NCBI RefSeq assembly: GCF_900187275.1 | Contig: NZ_LT906458.1 | Coordinates: 1,530,001-1,562,000 of the forward strand | DNA from: Pasteurella multocida | GTDB taxonomy: Bacteria > Pseudomonadota > Gammaproteobacteria > Enterobacterales > Pasteurellaceae | DNA: 32,000 bases | Reading direction: 5' to 3' | Shown: piece after piece, positions 11,143 through 19,695 of the stretch | Layout of the letters: each line of letters starts with the position of its first letter | Numbering within the stretch: position 1 is the stretch's first letter | The notes under the pieces: generated by a model | Database searches by the model: none | Seen by the model: the letters and a program-made list of their open reading frames with translations, nothing else | Told to the model about the DNA's origin: nothing | Position numbers and translations under genes: made by a program

Positions 11143-11754
11143 TTAAAGTGAAGAATAAATCTGTTTTGCCATAGCGATAATTTTGCGACGAGAGAATAAC
11201 ACTTGCCATTTTGTTCCCCCCACTTGGCGCCATAATACCGCAGAACGAATGCCCGCTAATAAGCAGGCGCGAATACGATGATGCATAGCTAATTGCTGTA
11301 AATAAAGCGTGGAACCTGTCACTTGAATTTTTTTACCTAATGGACTGATGACATCCACATAAATGCTGGCTAAAGTGGACAACATTTGTTCATCAAGTAA
11401 ATCATCATGTTCAAGTTGCGTTGGTAAATATTGAATACGACGTGCAAGTTCTGCTTTTGCATGGGGATCTTTATTCAGCTTACTCTCTAACGCCAGTAAG
11501 CTAATCCAATATCGGCTTAAATCCGACCCTGTCCCATGCATTTGTTCTAACAAGGTTTCAAGCCCCAATTTTAAATTCTGCGCTTTACCACCAAAGACGG
11601 CCAAAGTGTCTTCTGGGTAAATTTGTAACAAAGTATTCAGACTGGTTTCAAACGCTGCCTGATCCGCTTGCCCTTCATGAGCAAATTGTTGTACCAATTT
11701 TGCGGCTTGACACACACCTGCCAGAGCTAAAGTAATATCGTAGTAATTCGCCAT
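11143..11754 (-). CDS. hflD: high-frequency-of-lysogenization protein HflD
   Basis: [28 protein letters not shown] matches the HflD N-terminus. The conserved hflD-purB pair is present. Start set at ATG 11754 rather than 11799. Confidence 0.88.
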   Translation of the reverse strand: MANYYDITLALAGVCQAAKLVQQFAHEGQADQAAFETSLNTLLQIYPEDTLAVFGGKAQNLKLGLETLLEQMHGTGSDLSRYWISLLALESKLNKDPHAKAELARRIQYLPTQLEHDDLLDEQMLSTLASIYVDVISPLGKKIQVTGSTLYLQQLAMHHRIRACLLAGIRSAVLWRQVGGTKWQVLFSRRKIIAMAKQIYSSL

Positions 11755-11841
11755 AGGATTGGAAATAGGATGATGAAAAATCGGGGGACAATATAGCACT
11801 TTTTAACATTTTTTTAAAGCAAACGATGTCACCGCTGAAAA

Positions 11842-11857
11842 CTTGATCTAGATCGCA
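11842..11857. promoter_or_regulatory. CRP-like box upstream of scrK
   Basis: CTTGA-TCTAGA-TCGCA, 7 of 10 half-site positions matching TGTGA-N6-TCACA. The central TCTAGA is the same as in the scrA box. It lies 22 bp upstream of the palindromic operator. Confidence 0.4.
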
Positions 11858-11879
11858 AAAATAGAAATCCAGCTTGTAA

Positions 11880-11897
11880 AACTAAAACGTTTTAGTT
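11880..11897. promoter_or_regulatory. predicted ScrR (LacI-family) operator, copy 1
   Basis: Perfect 18-bp palindrome AACTAAAACGTTTTAGTT with the central CG typical of LacI-family operators. It lies 43 bp upstream of the scrK ATG. Identical copies are at 15517 and 15549. Confidence 0.75.
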
Positions 11898-11939
11898 AGG
11901 ATTAAAATGATGAAAATCCAATCTGTGGGAGAAAGCAAA

Positions 11940-12866
11940 ATGGGCAAAATCTGGGTATTAGGCGATGCGGTGGTTGATTTAATTCCGGAAGGGGAAAACA
12001 CTTATTTACGTTGTGCTGGCGGAGCCCCCGCGAATGTGGCAGTGGGCATTGCGCGTTTAGGCGCCACAACTGGCTTTATTGGACGAGTGGGAGATGATCC
12101 ATTAGGACGCTTTATGTTAAACAAATTACAACAAGAAAATGTCTGTACCCAATATATGCACCTCGATCCCAAACAACTGACTTCCACCGTGATTGTTGAC
12201 TTAAAAGAAGGTGAACGCAGTTTTACTTTTATGGTGAATCCAAGTGCGGATCAATTTTTAGAACTTTCTGATCTGCCACATTTTAACCCAAATGATTGGT
12301 TACATTGTTGCTCTATTGCGCTTATCAATGAACCTTCACGTTCCAGTACATTTGCCGCGATTCATCGAATTAAAGCAGAAGGGGGATTCTTCTCTTTCGA
12401 TCCGAATTTACGAGAATCGTTATGGAATAGCCCAGCAGAAATGAAAACCGTTGTAAATCAAGTGGTCGCCTTGGCTGATGTATTAAAATTTTCCGAAGAA
12501 GAATTATTGTTCTTAACCGACAGCGATACGCTATCAGACGCTACCGCTAAACTGACCCAACACTATCCCGATAAGCTCATTATTGTGACATTGGGTAAAT
12601 TAGGCGCAACCTATTACTTACAAGGCAAAAGCCAATTGATTTCCAGTAAAAAAGCGTTAATCCCCGTTGATACGACAGGGGCGGGAGATGCTTTCGTCAG
12701 TGGACTCTTATTTGGTATCTCACAAGTAAAAAATTGGCAAAATCCAACCGCACTTGTCGAGATCATCAAACAAGCCAATGCATGCGGCGCATTAGCGACA
12801 ACGGCAAAGGGCGCCATGTCTGCGTTACCCAATAAACAGCAATTAGATGCCTTTCTCGCTGAGTAA
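11940..12866 (+). CDS. scrK: fructokinase (PfkB family)
   Basis: MGKIWVLGDAVVDL.. with GAGDAF and the PfkB signature (DTTGAGDAFVSG). GGGAGA RBS precedes ATG 11940. It is the first gene of the sucrose cluster. Confidence 0.85.
   Translation: MGKIWVLGDAVVDLIPEGENTYLRCAGGAPANVAVGIARLGATTGFIGRVGDDPLGRFMLNKLQQENVCTQYMHLDPKQLTSTVIVDLKEGERSFTFMVNPSADQFLELSDLPHFNPNDWLHCCSIALINEPSRSSTFAAIHRIKAEGGFFSFDPNLRESLWNSPAEMKTVVNQVVALADVLKFSEEELLFLTDSDTLSDATAKLTQHYPDKLIIVTLGKLGATYYLQGKSQLISSKKALIPVDTTGAGDAFVSGLLFGISQVKNWQNPTALVEIIKQANACGALATTAKGAMSALPNKQQLDAFLAE
12747..12755 (-). repeat. Hin-type uptake signal sequence core
   Basis: Exact ACCGCACTT. Confidence 0.8.
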
Positions 12867-12874
12867 AGTGCGGT
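12866..12874 (+). repeat. Hin-type uptake signal sequence, extended form
   Basis: AAAGTGCGGT-C-ATTTTT-CTGCC-ATTTTT. The core plus both downstream AT-rich helical-phase blocks lie in the scrK-scrB spacer. Confidence 0.85.
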
Positions 12875-12903
12875 CATTTTTCTGCCATTTTTGGACAACA
12901 CCT

Positions 12904-14346
12904 ATGTATATTTTTAATCAAGGCAAATACAAAAGTTTGCACGCACAGGAAGTCGGGGAACTTGCACAGATTCGACAACATGTACTACGCGATACACAAT
13001 TTCGCCCGACTTATCATCTTGCGCCAGAAACAGGCTTATTAAATGATCCTAATGGTTTAGTGTTTGATGGCGAAAAATATCATATTTTTTATCAATGGTT
13101 CCCGTACGCCGCAATACACGGAATGAAACATTGGAAACATTTTATTACGTATGATTTTCACCATTTTCAAGCTGCGGATCCATTGATTCCAGATGAACTA
13201 TTTGAATCACACGGTTGCTATTCGGGTGGCGCACTGTTATGGCAAGATCAGATTGTTGCTTTTTATACTGGCAACACGCGCAACGCAGAAAATCAACGTA
13301 TTCCGCACCAAAACATCGCGATTTTTAAGAAAGACGGCACACTCTTAAAAAAACGTTGCTTGTTAAATCAAGCCCCAACAGGTTATACCGAGCATGTCAG
13401 AGATCCCAAACCATTTATAACGGAAGAAGGCAAAATTCGCTTTATTCTCGGTGCACAACGTGAAGATCTTTCTGGCACAGCGTTAATCTATGAAATGACC
13501 GATCTTGATGCCACACCACAACTTATCGGTGAATTCAAACTCCCTGATTTTGATAACCAGCAGGTATTTATGTGGGAATGCCCTGATTTGCTCAAGCTTC
13601 AAGAACAAGATCTGTTTCTTTGGTCCCCTCAAGGCAAAGCACAAAAAACCTACTGTTTCCAAAATCACTACCATGCCACTTATGCGCTGGGTCAATATGC
13701 CAATTTGCACTTTTCCGCACAGCATATCGAAGAACTGGATTATGGCTTTGACTTTTATGCGCCACAAAGTATTCAGGGATCGGAAGGTATCTATTATGCT
13801 TGGGTTGGCTTACCAGACTTAACCTATCCAACGGATGAATACCAATGGCATTCTATGCTAAGTTTGCCACGTCAATTTTCAATTCAGCAGGGAATACTTT
13901 ATCAGCGCCCAATTCCACAAGTGTATGCCCAGTGTCTACCTGCGCATAAATATTGGGTGGAGGGCAAGCAACAAATTCCACATTTAGATCGTAGCTATGT
14001 TGCTTTTGATGCTGAAAATCAGCCTTTCACACTGCGTTTTTTCACAAACCAGCGAGGACAACAACTGATTTTACGCTATCAAAATGGCATACTGACGCTA
14101 GATAGAACATACACAACACAGACCGCCTTGATGCAACAATTTGGTGAACAACGCCATTGTATTTTGCCTCAATTAAACCATGTGGAAATATTCTTTGATC
14201 GTTCTGTCGTGGAAATTTTTTTAAATCAAGGTGAGAAAGTGATGACTTCACGTTTCTTTATTGCAGATCGAGAAAATGCGTTAGATAGCTCTCGCCCGCT
14301 CTGTGTTTCTGTGGCAGAATTAAAACCCATTATCTTAACACCCTAA
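12904..14346 (+). CDS. scrB: sucrose-6-phosphate hydrolase (GH32)
   Basis: GH32 motifs NDPNG (LLNDPNGLV), RDP (HVRDPKPF) and ECP (MWECPDL). Start set at ATG 12904, which avoids overlap with scrK. Confidence 0.9.
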   Translation: MYIFNQGKYKSLHAQEVGELAQIRQHVLRDTQFRPTYHLAPETGLLNDPNGLVFDGEKYHIFYQWFPYAAIHGMKHWKHFITYDFHHFQAADPLIPDELFESHGCYSGGALLWQDQIVAFYTGNTRNAENQRIPHQNIAIFKKDGTLLKKRCLLNQAPTGYTEHVRDPKPFITEEGKIRFILGAQREDLSGTALIYEMTDLDATPQLIGEFKLPDFDNQQVFMWECPDLLKLQEQDLFLWSPQGKAQKTYCFQNHYHATYALGQYANLHFSAQHIEELDYGFDFYAPQSIQGSEGIYYAWVGLPDLTYPTDEYQWHSMLSLPRQFSIQQGILYQRPIPQVYAQCLPAHKYWVEGKQQIPHLDRSYVAFDAENQPFTLRFFTNQRGQQLILRYQNGILTLDRTYTTQTALMQQFGEQRHCILPQLNHVEIFFDRSVVEIFLNQGEKVMTSRFFIADRENALDSSRPLCVSVAELKPIILTP

Positions 14347-14371
14347 GTTTTCATTTATTTCTCTTTACAGC

Positions 14372-15391
14372 ATGAGCATTACCAATAAAAAACGTATCAC
14401 CCTCAGCGATATTGCGAAATGTTGTGGTTTATCCACCACTACCGTCAGTATGATTTTAAATAATCGAGGTGAGGAATTTAAAATTAAAGCGGAGACGTGT
14501 CAACGCGTAAAAGCCATTGCGGAACAACAAGGTTATCGAGCAAATGTCTACGCCAAATCACTCAAAATGCAACGCTCTAATGTAATAGGTTTCGTGATTC
14601 CAGATCTGACGAACTACGGCTTTGCCTGTACAGCTAAAATATTAGAAAAGCAGTGTCGTGAAAATGGTTTACAACTTATTATTGCCTGTTCAGATGACAA
14701 TCCACAGCAAGAAAAATTAGCGATTGAGCGTTTATTGGATCGTCAAATTGATTTTTTAATTACTGCCCCTACTCATCAAGATCCGAGTTACTACCAGAAA
14801 ATCGGTCAACACACTCCTATTTTACAATTGGATCGTTATGTACCAGACTTGGCGCTGAACTATGTCATCAGTAATGATAGTGAACACATTACGGCTTTAA
14901 TTTGCCGTCTATGTGACCAGTATCAGCTAACAGAATTCATGTACTTTGGCGGACAGCGTACCCTTTCTCCTAGCGAATCACGCTTAGCGGGCTTTTTACA
15001 AGGGCTTAAACAAGCCAATCTTAACCTAAAAAAAGAATGGATATTACACCGCACCTATCAACCAGAATCAGGTTATCAAATGTTAGCGGAGACAGAAGCT
15101 AAACTAGGTCGCTTACCTCAAGCGATCTTCACCGCTTCCTATACTTTGTTAGAGGGCGTGTTACGTTACTTAACAGAACAAAAAAAAATGGATTTATTAC
15201 TTAATCGTCAGTTACATTTAGCCACTTTCGATGATCACGATATCTTAAATGCCTTGCCATTCCACATACATTCTATTAAACAAAATCACCCCCAGCTTGC
15301 TCAGCAGATTTTCCAACATATTATGCGTTACTTTGCAGGTAAAAAAAGCCCTAACCAAAAAATCGACTGTGACGTCATTTATCGTGATTAA
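14372..15391 (+). CDS. scrR: LacI-family sucrose operon repressor
   Basis: N-terminal HTH (ITLSDIAKCCGLSTTTVSMILNN) plus a periplasmic-binding-protein-like core. Located within the scr cluster. Confidence 0.85.
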   Translation: MSITNKKRITLSDIAKCCGLSTTTVSMILNNRGEEFKIKAETCQRVKAIAEQQGYRANVYAKSLKMQRSNVIGFVIPDLTNYGFACTAKILEKQCRENGLQLIIACSDDNPQQEKLAIERLLDRQIDFLITAPTHQDPSYYQKIGQHTPILQLDRYVPDLALNYVISNDSEHITALICRLCDQYQLTEFMYFGGQRTLSPSESRLAGFLQGLKQANLNLKKEWILHRTYQPESGYQMLAETEAKLGRLPQAIFTASYTLLEGVLRYLTEQKKMDLLLNRQLHLATFDDHDILNALPFHIHSIKQNHPQLAQQIFQHIMRYFAGKKSPNQKIDCDVIYRD

Positions 15392-15410
15392 GCTATCGCA
15401 ACGCTGAAGA

Positions 15411-15443
15411 CAAGGAGAATAACGTTATTCTCCTTTGTTTTAT
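15411..15443 (+). terminator. intrinsic terminator after scrR
   Basis: AAGGAGAATAAC/GTTATTCTCCTT perfect inverted repeat (15412-15435), followed by TGTTTTATT. Confidence 0.75.
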
Positions 15444-15499
15444 TAAACGACACTTTCTTCTTGTTCCATTCAAACAATACATCGTTTCTTTGCAAAAAA

Positions 15500-15515
15500 T
15501 GTGATCTAGCGCATA
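15500..15515. promoter_or_regulatory. CRP-like box upstream of scrA
   Basis: TGTGA-TCTAGC-GCATA. The left half-site is perfect and the right matches 3 of 5. It directly abuts operator copy 2. Confidence 0.5.
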
Positions 15516-15516
15516 A

Positions 15517-15534
15517 AACTAAAACGTTTTAGTT
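15517..15534. promoter_or_regulatory. predicted ScrR operator, copy 2
   Basis: Perfect palindrome AACTAAAACGTTTTAGTT. Confidence 0.75.
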
Positions 15535-15548
15535 AAATACATCTTTAC

Positions 15549-15566
15549 AACTAAAACGTTTTAGTT
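15549..15566. promoter_or_regulatory. predicted ScrR operator, copy 3
   Basis: Perfect palindrome AACTAAAACGTTTTAGTT, 32 bp centre-to-centre from copy 2 and 54 bp upstream of the scrA ATG. It overlaps a possible TTTACA -35 (15544-15549). Confidence 0.75.
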
Positions 15567-15619
15567 AAAATAAAATTACACATTTTTTCTACATCAACAC
15601 AACTTTATAGGTGGTGACC

Positions 15620-17044
15620 ATGAACTTCTCGCAAATCGCCCAACAAGTGATTGACAAACTCGGTGGTAAAGACAATATCTCTGCTGCGGCACATTGTGCT
15701 ACCCGATTGAGAATCGTTGTAAAAAATGAAAACTTGATTGATAAAAAAGGCATTGAGAATATTGAAGGTGTCAAAGGTCAATTTGCCGTAGCAGGACAAT
15801 ACCAAATTATTTTTGGTTCTGGCACAGTCAATAAAGTCTATGCAGAGTTAAGCAAGTTGTTAGGTATCGGTGATATGACGACTTCTGAAGTCGCTGCCGC
15901 TGGTACAGAAAAACAAGGGTTATTACAACGCTTAGTGAAAGGTCTAGCTGATATTTTCGTCCCAATTATTCCTGCCATCGTTGCCGGTGGTTTGTTAATG
16001 GGTATTCACAGTATGTTGACAGCAAAAGGTTTCTTCGTTGAAGAAAAAAATGTTGTCGATCTGTATCCCGCAATAGCTGATTTAGTGGATTTTATTAATA
16101 CCATTGCAAATGCACCTTTTGTCTTCTTACCTGTATTACTTGGTTTTTCCGCCACTCGAAAATTTGGCGGTAATCCATTCTTAGGAGCGGCACTTGGCAT
16201 GCTATTAGTGCACCCAGCACTTTCTGATGGCTGGAATTATGCACTGACACTCACTAAAGGCAATATTCAATATTGGCATATCTTTGGTTTAGAAATTGAA
16301 CGTGTCGGCTACCAAGGTACAGTTATCCCCGTTCTTGTCGCCTCTTGGGTCTTAGCAACCTTGGAGAAAAACCTACGTAAAGTCGTTCCGTCATTTCTTG
16401 ATAACTTAATTACCCCACTTTTTGCATTATTTATAACGGGCTTACTCGCTTTTACCGTAATAGGTCCTATCGGGCGTGAAGCGGGGTCTTTAATTAGTAC
16501 AGGCTTGACCTGGTTGTATGACACATTAGGATTCGTGGGGGGGGCCATTTTCGGTACACTTTACGCCCCCATTGTTATCACAGGTATGCACCAAACATTT
16601 ATCGCCGTCGAAACACAATTGCTTGCTGAGGTGGCTCGCACTGGAGGTACCTTTATCTTCCCAATCGCCGCAATGTCAAATATTGCTCAAGGTGCAGCTT
16701 GTTTGGGCGCCGCTTATGTGATGAAAGATGCCAAAGTAAGAGGGATCGGCGTACCTTCTGGCATCTCAGCCTTGTTAGGGATTACTGAGCCCGCCATGTT
16801 CGGTGTCAACTTACGCTATCGCTATCCTTTCATATCTGCCATGATCGGTGCTGGCATTTCCAGTGCGGTCATTGCCTTGTTTAATGTTAAAGCCATTGCT
16901 TTAGGCGCTGCGGGCTTGCCGGGCATCCCCTCAATTAAGCCGGATAGTTTAGCAATGTATTGTGTCGGTATGCTTATTTCCGCATCGATTGCATTTACTC
17001 TCACCGTCATTTTAGGTAAAAGAGCACAACTAAAAGCAGAATAA
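15620..17044 (+). CDS. scrA: PTS sucrose-specific EIIBC component
   Basis: EIIB cysteine motif (AAHCATRLR) at the N-terminus followed by a polytopic EIIC domain. There is no EIIA domain. Start at ATG 15620, preceded by AGGTGG; the track start 15611 is a GTG. Confidence 0.9.
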   Translation: MNFSQIAQQVIDKLGGKDNISAAAHCATRLRIVVKNENLIDKKGIENIEGVKGQFAVAGQYQIIFGSGTVNKVYAELSKLLGIGDMTTSEVAAAGTEKQGLLQRLVKGLADIFVPIIPAIVAGGLLMGIHSMLTAKGFFVEEKNVVDLYPAIADLVDFINTIANAPFVFLPVLLGFSATRKFGGNPFLGAALGMLLVHPALSDGWNYALTLTKGNIQYWHIFGLEIERVGYQGTVIPVLVASWVLATLEKNLRKVVPSFLDNLITPLFALFITGLLAFTVIGPIGREAGSLISTGLTWLYDTLGFVGGAIFGTLYAPIVITGMHQTFIAVETQLLAEVARTGGTFIFPIAAMSNIAQGAACLGAAYVMKDAKVRGIGVPSGISALLGITEPAMFGVNLRYRYPFISAMIGAGISSAVIALFNVKAIALGAAGLPGIPSIKPDSLAMYCVGMLISASIAFTLTVILGKRAQLKAE

Positions 17045-17066
17045 GACGATTGTTGCGTGTATAAAA

Positions 17067-17105
17067 ATGCCGTGATAGAAAAAAATCACGGCATTTTTCT
17101 TTTTA
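17067..17105 (+). terminator. intrinsic terminator after scrA
   Basis: Stem ATGCCGTGAT (17067-17076) pairs with ATCACGGCAT (17085-17094), followed by TTTTCTTTTT. Confidence 0.85.
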
Positions 17106-17159
17106 AAAGCGTATGATATCCGCATATTGGATGCTCATTTTTATTGTCTAGGATCTTTT

Positions 17160-17567
17160 ATGAAATCGTTAACTCAACTTCTCTTCATCCTTACCGCACT
17201 TTTACCTACCTCGCTTTTTGCTCACATCCATGTCGAGCAAGCCCAGATGTTCAGTGCCAAAGCCGGTGAGCCAAGTGCCATATTCATGAATATTCATAAT
17301 ACGGGAAATGAAGATGTGAGTTTAGCGCTAGTACAAAGTGATATCCGTGCCGATATCGTCTTACACGGCACACAACATGGCAAGATGATTGAAGTCACTG
17401 GTATTAACCTACCTGCACATCAAATGACGGCGCTCAAACGGGGTGGATTGCATATCATGGTGTTTAATGTCGAACAAGATCTCAACGCGGGTGATTCCTT
17501 CCCACTGCGTTTACTCTTTGACAACGGTGAAATCATGCATATTGAGGCAAAAATTATTCAATACTAA
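17160..17567 (+). CDS. periplasmic copper chaperone PCu(A)C (DUF461)
   Basis: Signal peptide (MKSLTQLLFILTALLPTSLFA) and His/Met copper motifs (HGTQHGKM ... LHIMVFN). Start set at ATG 17160. Confidence 0.7.
   Translation: MKSLTQLLFILTALLPTSLFAHIHVEQAQMFSAKAGEPSAIFMNIHNTGNEDVSLALVQSDIRADIVLHGTQHGKMIEVTGINLPAHQMTALKRGGLHIMVFNVEQDLNAGDSFPLRLLFDNGEIMHIEAKIIQY
17193..17201 (-). repeat. Hin-type uptake signal sequence core
   Basis: Exact ACCGCACTT. Confidence 0.8.
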
Positions 17568-17635
17568 TAAATCACCTCAGAAATCGTCTAAAATACGCGA
17601 TATGATTTGTTATTTTCAACATGGATAGAATAAGT

Positions 17636-18682
17636 ATGCATATTTTAATTATTGGACCCTCTTGGGTTGGCGATATGATGATGTCGCATAGCCTGTATCA
17701 AACACTCAAACAACAATATCCCCAGTGTGAAATTGATGTCATGGCACCCAATTGGTGTAAACCTCTCTTAGAACGTATGCCTGAAGTGCGACAAGCCATT
17801 ACAATGCCATTAGGACATGGGGCATTTGCCTTGGGTGATCGTTATCGCTTAGGCAAAGCATTACGCCACCAATATGATATGGCGATTGTTCTACCTAATT
17901 CACTCAAATCCGCATTCATTCCTTTTTTTGCCAAGATTCCGCTTCGCCGTGGTTGGAAAGGCGAAAGTCGCTATCTCTTTTTAAATGATTTACGCAGTAA
18001 TAAAAAAGACTATCCGATGATGGTGCAACGCTATATTGCTTTAGCTTTTGAAAAAGGTGCTGTGCCGAAAGCAGAGGATTTGCCACGACCCGTCCCTTAT
18101 TTAACGGTCGATCCCATCACACAACAACATACCTTAAAAAAATTTGAAAAACAGACCGCACTTATTTCCCCACGCCCGAGTATTGGCTTTTGCCCGGGAG
18201 CAGAATTTGGTCCAGCAAAACGCTGGCCTCATTATCATTATGCTAAATTGGCAGAAATGCTGATTCAACAAGGCTATGCCATTCGTTTGTTTGGTTCTGC
18301 CAAAGATGAAGCCGTAGGCGAAGAAATCCGCCAAGCGCTACCTGAAACAATGCGTCACTTTTGCATAAATCTGGCAGGGCAAACCAGTTTGAATGAGGCA
18401 GTGGATTTAATCGCTGATTGTACCGCTATCGTCACCAATGACAGTGGACTCATGCATATCGCAGCCGCAGTTCAGCGCCCTTTAGTGGCACTTTATGGAC
18501 CAACGAGCCCCACTTATACGCCTCCACTTTCTGAAAAAGCCGTGATTATTCGTTTAATTGAAGATGGCTTAATCAAAGTACGTAAAGGCAAAGACAGTGA
18601 CGAAGGTTACCATCAAAGTTTAATTGATATTCAACCGGAATTGGTATTCGATAAACTCACAGGATTACTTGCTAACACATGA
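17636..18682 (+). CDS. waaF: ADP-heptose--LPS heptosyltransferase II
   Basis: MHILIIGPSWVGDMMMS.. and GFCPGAEFGPAKRWPHYHYA are near-identical to E. coli WaaF (GT9). The stop overlaps the waaC start (ATGA at 18679-18682). Confidence 0.92.
   Translation: MHILIIGPSWVGDMMMSHSLYQTLKQQYPQCEIDVMAPNWCKPLLERMPEVRQAITMPLGHGAFALGDRYRLGKALRHQYDMAIVLPNSLKSAFIPFFAKIPLRRGWKGESRYLFLNDLRSNKKDYPMMVQRYIALAFEKGAVPKAEDLPRPVPYLTVDPITQQHTLKKFEKQTALISPRPSIGFCPGAEFGPAKRWPHYHYAKLAEMLIQQGYAIRLFGSAKDEAVGEEIRQALPETMRHFCINLAGQTSLNEAVDLIADCTAIVTNDSGLMHIAAAVQRPLVALYGPTSPTYTPPLSEKAVIIRLIEDGLIKVRKGKDSDEGYHQSLIDIQPELVFDKLTGLLANT
18155..18163 (-). repeat. Hin-type uptake signal sequence core
   Basis: Exact ACCGCACTT. Confidence 0.8.
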
Positions 18683-19644
18683 AAATTTGTTTAATCAAAA
18701 CCTCATCAATGGGCGACATTCTGCACAGTTTACCTGCGCTCACCGATGCCCAACGCGCCCTCCCCAATTTACAAGTTGATTGGGTGGTCGAAGAAAGTTT
18801 CGCTGAAATTCCCCATTGGCATAGCGCCGTCCGACAGGTTATCCCCATTGCTCTGCGACGTTGGCGTAAAACCCCATTTACCGCCCTAACTCGAAAACAG
18901 TGGAAAACTTACCGCACTTTATTACAATCAGAACAATATGATGCGGTCATTGATGCACAAGGCTTACTTAAAAGTGCCCTTTTTGCCACTCGATTAGCGC
19001 GAGGCACACGCCATGGTTACGATCGTCATTCGATTCGTGAACCGATTGCCGCCTGTTTCTACGATAAAAAATACGCCATTAGCTATCAACAACATGCTGT
19101 CGAACGTATTCGCCAGCTGTTTGCACAAAGCCTAAATTATCCCTTACCCCATACACAAGGCGATTACGGCATAGCACGCCATTTCCCACAACACGCACAA
19201 ACGATGCCTTATGTCCTCTTTTTCCATGGCACCACACGCCAAGATAAATTTCTACCGGACAAACAATGGCGGACATTAGCAGAAAAACTGACCGCACAGG
19301 GTATCCAAATTCACGTACCTTGGTCAAATCCTCAAGAAAAACAGCGTGCAGAGAGGATCGCCCAAGGGCTTGATCTTGTGACGATTTTGCCAAAATCCAC
19401 ATTATCCGAGTTAGCACAGCAGATTGTGAATGCCAGCGCTGTTGTTTCTGTTGACACCGGATTGGCACATTTAAGTGCCGCACTCGATAAAACCAACTTG
19501 ACTCTCTATGGTGCTACGGATCCCAAACTGATCGGCTCCTACGGCAAAAACCAGCATTATCTCGTTGCTGAGAGTATGGATAAGATTGAAGCTGATGAAA
19601 TTTTCCAAAAATTGACCGCACTTTTATCGTTAAACACGATATAA
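18679..19644 (+). CDS. waaC: ADP-heptose--LPS heptosyltransferase I
   Basis: MKICLIKTSSMGDILHSLPALTDAQ.. and VSVDTGLAHLSAAL are colinear with E. coli WaaC (GT9). Confidence 0.92.
   Translation: MKICLIKTSSMGDILHSLPALTDAQRALPNLQVDWVVEESFAEIPHWHSAVRQVIPIALRRWRKTPFTALTRKQWKTYRTLLQSEQYDAVIDAQGLLKSALFATRLARGTRHGYDRHSIREPIAACFYDKKYAISYQQHAVERIRQLFAQSLNYPLPHTQGDYGIARHFPQHAQTMPYVLFFHGTTRQDKFLPDKQWRTLAEKLTAQGIQIHVPWSNPQEKQRAERIAQGLDLVTILPKSTLSELAQQIVNASAVVSVDTGLAHLSAALDKTNLTLYGATDPKLIGSYGKNQHYLVAESMDKIEADEIFQKLTALLSLNTI
18911..18919 (-). repeat. Hin-type uptake signal sequence core
   Basis: Exact ACCGCACTT. Confidence 0.8.
19615..19623 (-). repeat. Hin-type uptake signal sequence core
   Basis: Exact ACCGCACTT. 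Confidence 0.8.
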
Positions 19645-19695
19645 GCTAACAGACCGATCCCCATATCCAACTGTTTTAGTAATATACCAACAGTC

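Noticed and set aside
12847-12903. Upstream-extended starts given by the ORF track: scrB 12847, rapA 24012, trmN6 22268, hflD 11799, purB 11130, lutA 7767, waaF 17621, PCuAC 17127, hemN 28791, yihI 27758, pssA 3371
   Set aside because: Alignment to recalled orthologue N-termini and RBS placement favour the internal ATGs. The extensions are non-conserved and some overlap the upstream gene.
13483-14251. Cluster of short ORFs on both strands inside scrB (13483..13767, 13505..13822, 13592..13831, 14042..14251)
   Set aside because: All are nested in the well-supported GH32 frame with no independent signals.
17636-19644. Looked for phase-variable tetranucleotide or long homopolymer repeats in the LPS genes waaF and waaC
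   Set aside because: None is present. The longest runs are T7 and A7, which are ordinary codon strings.
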